From Octopus bimaculoides (taxonomy: Eukaryota): a stretch of 60,275 nucleotides of DNA. The stretch covers positions 79,688,817 to 79,749,091 of the forward strand of contig NC_068986.1 in the NCBI RefSeq assembly GCF_001194135.2. The letters are read 5' to 3'. A program made the translations under genes and the position numbers. Under the pieces are notes generated by a model. That model searched no databases. It saw only the letters and a list, made by a program, of their open reading frames with translations, and was not told the origin of the DNA. Below, one piece after another: positions 52,650 to 60,275 of this stretch; positions within the stretch are counted from its first letter, which is position 1, and every line of letters begins with the position of its first letter.

Positions 52650-54172
52650 ATAGTTAAAATAATTAACTAGACCTCAGCTGGAAATAAAGTTACCTGTCGC
52701 GATCCCTTTCCCCCGTGCCCTCCATACTGTTTCTTTTAGTATGGATACTATGCAGAAAAACTGTCCTTCCTCTCCCTGTTGAGGGAAGAGGGCGGAACAA
52801 TCTTGATAATCGATTCCGCCGATAGCTGTACTCTTCCTGTCGTTGACAACAGCTGCTCGACATGGGCTATCAGTCCTTTTATCTACGCACACTGCACGAA
52901 GGCGTGCTGGACAGTTTCACTGCCCTGCTCGCACCTCAGGCATGTCAGTGGGATAGCATAACTATGCCTCGATAGTCTCTCTCGAACAAGTAATTATCCA
53001 GGTACCGCTGGTCTGAAAATCCTCCCGAAAATGGTGACCAACTGATTTCTATCGAAGCCCAGTGTCTCCCCCATGATATCGTCTGACATATGCTCTACTA
53101 ACTCGCCATAGAAGTCCTCGGTGGAACTCCAGCTGCTAGCATTGGCCATCCGGGGAGCAGCGTGAGTGCCTGTCGGCACTGTAATTGCCAATCACCCAGC
53201 CTAGGTCTTCGCATGACCCAATGGCCTAAATCCCGAAAGGAGGTCAACAGTGGAACGAAGAATTTCATGAGCGGTGATCACACGGCTCACCATCCAGGTG
53301 ATACCTAAGGTGCCTAAGCTTCAGCGCAAACTTGCGCATCTTCAGCCACGGCATCCCTAGCCCACTGTTTAACGGTTTTTGACAGCAGACAGAGTGTTTT
53401 ACAAGTGATCTTCCCATCCACTAAAAATGAAAAAGGGGTCCTTCTAACTTGCTCAGCCACGAATCAGGACAAGGCACGACGCTCGTGCGGTAGGTGATAA
53501 CGGATGCAATAAACACCCGCGTCACCGCCCTTCCTAGCAGCGACAACGTCCTCCCAGACCAGATCTGGGTTAGAGCAGCTACCTTGCTTGTTACCTCACT
53601 CCAATTCTTCTCCATCCGGATCTAGACCAAACTAGCATCTTAACAGGACCTTCCGTCCAACGTCCCACGAAGTTATTGGGTGGCATTGACTTGCCCCTCC
53701 AGGTGCCGAGCTGCAAGCCGACCGACTTATCCTGATTAATTCTTGCTCCTGCCACCGCTTCGTATCTTCTGATGGTGTTTTCTACACAAGGTAGCTGCCA
53801 TTCATCAGACACGATGATGGTGATGTCATCCGCGTACCCGGCCGCCGTCTTGCCATCACTCAGATCACGCGGGTTGCCCCCTATAGCCTCCAGCCTTCGC
53901 AGCAATGGCTCAAGAGCCAAAAAATGCAAAAGCGGAGACAGGGTACATCCCTGGCGAACGCAGCGCTTTATCTCGAATGGTTTTGAGAGGAAGCCCTTGA
54001 CTCGGAAGACAGACTCGAGGCTGCTGTACATAGCAGCGATCCAGTCGCAGAAAGTCGGGCCCAGCACGGCCGCCCCAAGAACCGACGCCAGGTACCGATG
54101 GTCGACGATATCGAATGCTTTACTCTGGTCTAAATGCACCAGTGCCTCACCTTTGCCGGTAATTTTACCCAC
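52650..54172 (-). mobile_element. L1/Tx1-clade LINE reverse transcriptase fragment
   Basis: LDQSKAFDIVDH, VRQGCTLSP, YADD, INQDKS, and downstream W.GR.LSLLGR and GLGMP segments. Confidence 0.92.
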
Positions 54173-54960
54173 CCGCAGCCAAACTACAAACAGCCGACTA
54201 CGTCAGACCTCTAATATTTATATGTAGTAGCCACGTCTATTCTCGTCAGAGGGTGTCGTACTCTCGCCACAACAATGATTATAGTAAATGATTTATGTAT
54301 TTATCTACTTATGAATTGTACACTACATTTTTTGCGCTAATATATATGTATATTGTGTATGTGTCTGTGTCTGTGTGTGTAAATGAGGGTTTCCTTATGC
54401 ACGACACATGTACATGTATGTATACATGAGCTAGTGTATACATGTAAATGCGGGGTTGATTTCATAAATATCAAAATATCCTTAGACTTGAAGTATGGAC
54501 AAAGAAAAATAATGTTCGAATATACATAACTGTGTGTGTATGTGTTTGCGTGTATATATATATATATATATATCCTTATGTATATTTGAACATTATATAT
54601 ATATACATACATGGACTCAGAACGAGAGAGAGAGAGAAAAGATATTTAAGTATAAAGCAGCAGAACTGTTATAGATTCGTGATAAAACTGCAAACAGCTC
54701 CTAAATGGTAAACGTTTATAGATAAAAACAATAGATTTCCCTTAGAACTGAAAATCCATCGTTTTGACTATTTTACTTCTCTAGAGAGTATTTGTGTCCG
54801 TCTGTTGATTTATGAATTTGTTAAATGTTTCATGATTTATGGTGGCTTTGTTGTTTGTATTATGACATATATTGATATTGCATGATCGTCTCCATTGTTA
54901 ATCTTATTTTGCTAGGTTTATACTTAATTAAGGGTTTCTAGCTTTTGCAGTTTCCGTGGC

Positions 54961-55057
<97 letters not shown>

Positions 55058-56122
55058 TATATATATATATATATACATACACTGTGTATATGTGCGTGTG
55101 TTTATGTGTGTGTATGTGTGTATTATTTATGCATTTATAATTGTATGTGCATGTTATATACTTGAAAAGTTCTTAGCAACTATTGTCGATGTACTCACTA
55201 TATTTGCAGATAGATTTCTCTAAATAAAAATTTTTAATCACTTAAGAAAATATTTAAAAAACACAGTTGAACACAGACTTTATGTAAGGAAAATTTTGTG
55301 TGAAGTGCTTTTCTTTGTTTCCAGCTTTTCAAGCGCACGTATAATCTGTATAGGAGTCTGTTTTTTTTTAGTATATGTGCGTGTACGTTTACACGAATAG
55401 TAACAATCAGTACGTTAAATGGGAGAGCAATGTTGGGAGAAAGAGAATGAGGGAATGATCAATATAATGAGAGGGGTATGGGAAGTGATGCGAGGTAATA
55501 AAGTGAAGTTATGAAATGGCGAAACTTAGTTGTTGCAAAAGTCATGTCAATTACAACGGAGAGCAAGATTGAGTAAGAGCTTTTATAAGCTCGGCAAATA
55601 ATTACACCTAAAGTGATTATTGACCCTGAAAAATGCCGAGTCATACAGTAGCGTTAATGGAAAATTGATTTGATGTTGTATTTTAACCCCAGGTTGACTC
55701 TGACATAGAAGGCCCTTTACCATAACCATTTTAACACTGGCCATGCTTGTTTGTATATCAGGAAATACATTATCCAATACTTACCACTCTTTCATTAGGA
55801 TGATAGAGTATGAAGTAGATTTTCCTACTATTTCACTTTGGCCGACTAAGATTGAGGAAACATCGTATTTGGGGTTAATTTGTAGTGCTCACTTGAACTA
55901 TTCTTACGCAAATTTGCTTAAGAGGCACGAACTCCTTCAAACTGACTTTTCTATTCAAAACTACAGAATTCTGAATCATACTCCCACGACCAAACAGATT
56001 ATTCAATTTATCACGCACACGCGCGCGCGCACACACATACAAACACATACACACATACACACACACAAACTTGTATGTATGTATGTATGTATGTGCGGGT
56101 GTGCGGGAGTGTTGGTTAGATA

Positions 56123-56530
56123 CTCTTTTACTCTTTTACTTGTTTCAATCTTTTGACTGTGGCCATGCTGGAGCACCGCCTTTAGTCGAGCAAATCGACC
56201 CCACGACTTATTATTTGGAAGCCTAGTACTTATTCTATCGGTCTCTTTTGCCGAACCGCTAAGTTACGGGGACATAAACACACCAGCATCGGTTGTCAAG
56301 CGAAGTTGGGGGGACAAACACAGACATACAGACACATACACACATACATATATATATATACATATATACGATAGGCTTCTTTCAGTTTCCGTCTACCAAA
56401 TCCACTCACAAGGCTTTGGTCGGCCCGAGGCTATAGTAGAAGACACTTGCCCAAGATGCCACGCAGTGGGACTGAACCCGGGACCATGTGGTTGGTAAGC
56501 AAGCTACTTACCACACAGCCACTCCTACGC
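56123..56530 (-). mobile_element. Full-length young family A SINE
   Basis: Nearly identical to 4069-4493 apart from the internal microsatellite. Confidence 0.92.
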
Positions 56531-56548
56531 AGATGTGTATATAAGTGT

Positions 56549-56632
56549 GTTTATATCTGTTTATATCTGTTTATATATGTTTATATATGTTTATATATGT
56601 TTATATCTGTTTATATATGTTTATATATGTTA
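56549..56632 (+). repeat. (GTTTATAT[A/C]T)n decamer tandem repeat
   Basis: Read directly. Confidence 0.9.
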
Positions 56633-56699
56633 TTTTGGCAACGTGCGATGTTGATTGTCTGTGTGCGAATGTATCTTTACGCAAATGTATTTGTTTGTC

Positions 56700-56738
<39 letters not shown>

Positions 56739-59700
56739 ATAGTAGTAGTAGCAGCAGCAGTAATAGTAGCAGTAGTAGTAGTCATTTTTGACATAGATTA
56801 CCATTATTTCGTTTAGAATTAAAATTGAAGAGAAATGGGATGTTGTGAAGTTCATGCTTTCCCGAAATGTGTCCACGTTATGACGTCAACAGATAATGTT
56901 TAGACAAATCCACTGTTTTTTTTACTCTAACGTAACATCAAACTCCACCACATTTTTAACCAATATCAACATAACAGATGCTTTGAATACCTGAATGTAT
57001 ATGATGCATTACTATCATTTTCCCTTCCTAGCATTCAACATATCCAAATCCAGTTAGTATTCTTGGTTATTTGTTTAAGTCGACATTGTTATTTCAGAAA
57101 TTACTTAGGCAAAAAAAGAAAAGAAAAGAAAGATAATAATAACAGAAAACAGAAAATAGAAAATCCAAATTTTCTCTCAGCGATTACACAGAATAACGAT
57201 ATGAAATGTTTGTTTACCTTCATTTTTTCGTATCATCTTTTTTTCTTCTTGTCTTTGAAATGTGTTCTTTAAGCAAGTTTCTCGTATATAGCCGCGAGAA
57301 GAAATGAGTTATATGACAAACGAAATACAATTAAGAAACGAATTGTTATAAAAAGAAATATGTTATATGTAATATGCAAATGTTTGTAACTGTGCAGTGC
57401 GTTCGCTATTAGAAATGAATTCGTGTATGCGAATGCTTCTAGGCGTGGATGTGTGTTTGCGTGATGCGTGTGCCTGTAAATTTGATACGCATGTTTTTTT
57501 CTAAGAGAGTAAGTCTTGTGTGCAGTAGAATTGGCGGAGTCAAACATAACGCTTCGTGGTATCAATTCCAGTCTCTGCGCTCTTACTTCAAATCGCACCA
57601 AAGTCAACTTGGTTGCTCATCCTTTCGAAGTCGATGAAAACATACCAATCCAAAGTATTGGATTGATGGAGCTGTTAGAACATCGTAGTGGATGCCTTGC
57701 GGTATTTTTTCCAGTTCTTCGAATCCTAACTTGTTCAAATCCCGCCAAGCCTACCTAGACGGTACACTTATTCCGTCACCTACTTTAAAAACCCCACCAC
57801 CTCGAACATTGGGGTGGCTTCAGTGGAGTTCACACTGTTGTACGCATTCAGGCTAGATTGCAAATTAAAGTATACCTTCCTCTCTTTTTCACACCTTCTC
57901 AGAGACCTGGTAAAGAATCATGGGCGCTGCATCCCCTCCTGACTGTTCAAATAACAGTTCAGATTTTCAATTATATATAAACATTAAATTAGATCCATTA
58001 CAACACGAAATGGCGAAACTTCGCACGGTTGACCTGTTTATGATCAATATAAGATACAATTCTGATGGACGGTTTTGTTCGCATTTTTCTACCTTGGGCT
58101 TCAAGATATTAGATTGGTTTTTCATCTTGAACAAAGAAATGCAATAGAAATATGTTCATATATATATCGATAGACAGCAGCAATGTCGTTTTTTAATATT
58201 TTCGTGACTAATTACTTTCAGATAATAATTTCTCAAAATCATAAGGATGACAGAGATAGATTTCGAAATTATAATATAAACAAAGAAGCGTCTGCATGTA
58301 TATGTACATGTATGCGCACGCATATGCGTGTATGAATACATTTACGGATGCGCGTGAGTATGCATGTGTATATATGCATGTGTATGCATGGGCGTATGTA
58401 TATGTCTGCATATATATATGTGTGTAAGTGTGTGTGTGTGTGTGTGTATATATGTATGCATAAATACATATTCGCACATATATATGTATGTGAACGCATG
58501 CGTACGTATGTCATTATACCTTCTTTCCTCCTCTCTGATTCCTAACTATCACTAACCTGTTACATACTGTCTCCACGTGAGCCTTTATATATTTTCGAAA
58601 TACCGGTAGAATAGCCTCTCTTGTCTTCATGTAAGCCTCTATTCATTCATAATCCCAATCTGGAATACTCATCTATATAAGTCTAAATAACTGGGTAACA
58701 CATTAAACACACCAATAGTCACTCCACAAACCCACTCGCCCAAAACATTCCATAATAATACACTTTGCAAATACATAGGGCCCCGCCTAGCACTAAGAAC
58801 TTCCTAAACTCTAGCAATAAGACAATCATTAGCCATAACACATTTTCAAAACCACCCAAATATTTGGTATGAGTTAGCTCCCTTTTCACCCTGTTAGAGT
58901 TATCCCATTTCACTTACACCGCCGGTGTTACTAATCGTAAAACGGAATACACGCGTGGGAAAAAAATGTACTTAATTAAACTAGGAAAACCGCACCTAAA
59001 TAATACTCACCCCACCCTAGTTACCCAACGAAACTAACCAATCTACAAGCAAACCTCTACCCAGTGAATTTACCAGCACAAGAACAAAAATTTAATGTAA
59101 GAATTACTACTTTGTTTACATTACCATCACATATGTATCAATTATTTTCGCATCCTAACCGATGCATCCATCTATATTCGCATTCTGAAGAAATTTACTT
59201 AAACCAGTAAATTGAAACGATCGTAAATGCTACCCTCATCTCTACTTCTTCCTTCTTTGTTATCTATTTACTTAAAGACATACCAGCGAAAACCACGAGT
59301 TTCCCATTGTTATTATATCCATTNNNNNNNNNNNNNNNNNNNNNNNNNNNNNNNNNNNNNNNNNNNNNNNNNNNNNNNNNNNNNNNNNNNNNNNNNNNNN
59401 NNNNNNNNNNNNNNNNNNNNNNNNNNNNNNNNNNNNNNNNNNNNNNNNNNNNNNNNNNNNNNNNNNNTATATATATATCAACTAATGTATACAGCCAGGC
59501 ACAATGTGATATCACAAAGGAAAAATTCAATCGTTACTAAGTGTGACTAAGGATGACGGAGCACGTACATTGCTAGAAATAAGAGTTAAAATACTCTTAA
59601 TTCTGTGAGAGGATCGCATAAAGTATGCACACGTGTTGACAAGGGAGGCAACTGCCCTATGACCGACTCGAGGGTACTCAGACTCGATCTAGTTTCACCT

Positions 59701-59792
59701 ATGACTATTATGCACATACACACATATGTATGTGTGCAAACATATATACTTGTATGGGTGTGCATATACTTGTGCACACTAACGTACATATG

Positions 59793-59828
<36 letters not shown>

Positions 59829-60275
59829 AATCTATACATATATATTCGTGCGTACGTGCGTGCATGTATGTATTTGCGCGTGTGCGTGCACGTGTGTGTG
59901 TATGTGTAAATAGAAATAAATTAGCTATTTCTTCCATGTCAATTTTCTTTTTCATTTAACTTTTTTTATTTTATCGCATGTAATGTTCTCTACCCTGTAT
60001 ATCGCTGTTTCATAAGGCCTGTAAAGTGTGATTTGACTGGGGTTTAGTTTCAATTTCTAGCAGGTTGCGCGACAACGTAAAGCTTCCTTAGCTGGATCAT
60101 AAAACCTTCTATTTAAATTGAACGATTCATTACCTATTCATGCCTTGCTTGGTCCATAAACATCGCTTGCCAATATGTAATGTTTTATAGTCTTGTGACA
60201 AGCGCTCGAGCCAAATACAGACGATTTGGAAGTTCACAGAACGGTCAACAGAGCATATATATATATATATATATA

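Noticed and set aside
57560-59000. Host exons or assignable LINE in non-repetitive stretches (also 6560-6900, 7870-8030, 8640-8860, 18400-19150, 25400-26000)
   Set aside because: Only faint similarity to RT/LINE motifs with many stops; probably old retroelement debris but not assignable by eye.

Overview
AT-rich, gapped (12 N-runs) eukaryotic genomic window, almost certainly coleoid cephalopod and probably Octopus. This is inferred from the SINE families and the dense TA/CA/GA/AAT/GATA microsatellites; no database was consulted. I found no credible host protein-coding exon, rRNA, intact tRNA or CRISPR array, and most ORFs in the track are microsatellite or N-gap artefacts. The window is a retroelement graveyard: more than 25 tRNA-derived SINE copies of three kinds, R4/Dong-type RLE LINE ends, RTE and L1/Tx1 LINE fragments, Penelope-like (RT/GIY-YIG) relics, two convergent Gypsy gag-protease relics with tRNA-Ser-type PBS, and Tc1/mariner relics. 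The most interesting signal is a set of long head-to-head palindromes (1560-1751, 12659-12909, 17583-17860, 34731-35232, 38492-38876). In at least three of them the outward-reading strand carries a type I hammerhead ribozyme core. The first has a near-complete hammerhead on each arm. Another pairs a tRNA-like Pol III head with a downstream hammerhead on each arm. Together they suggest a non-autonomous, Penelope-mobilised ribozyme-palindrome element system.
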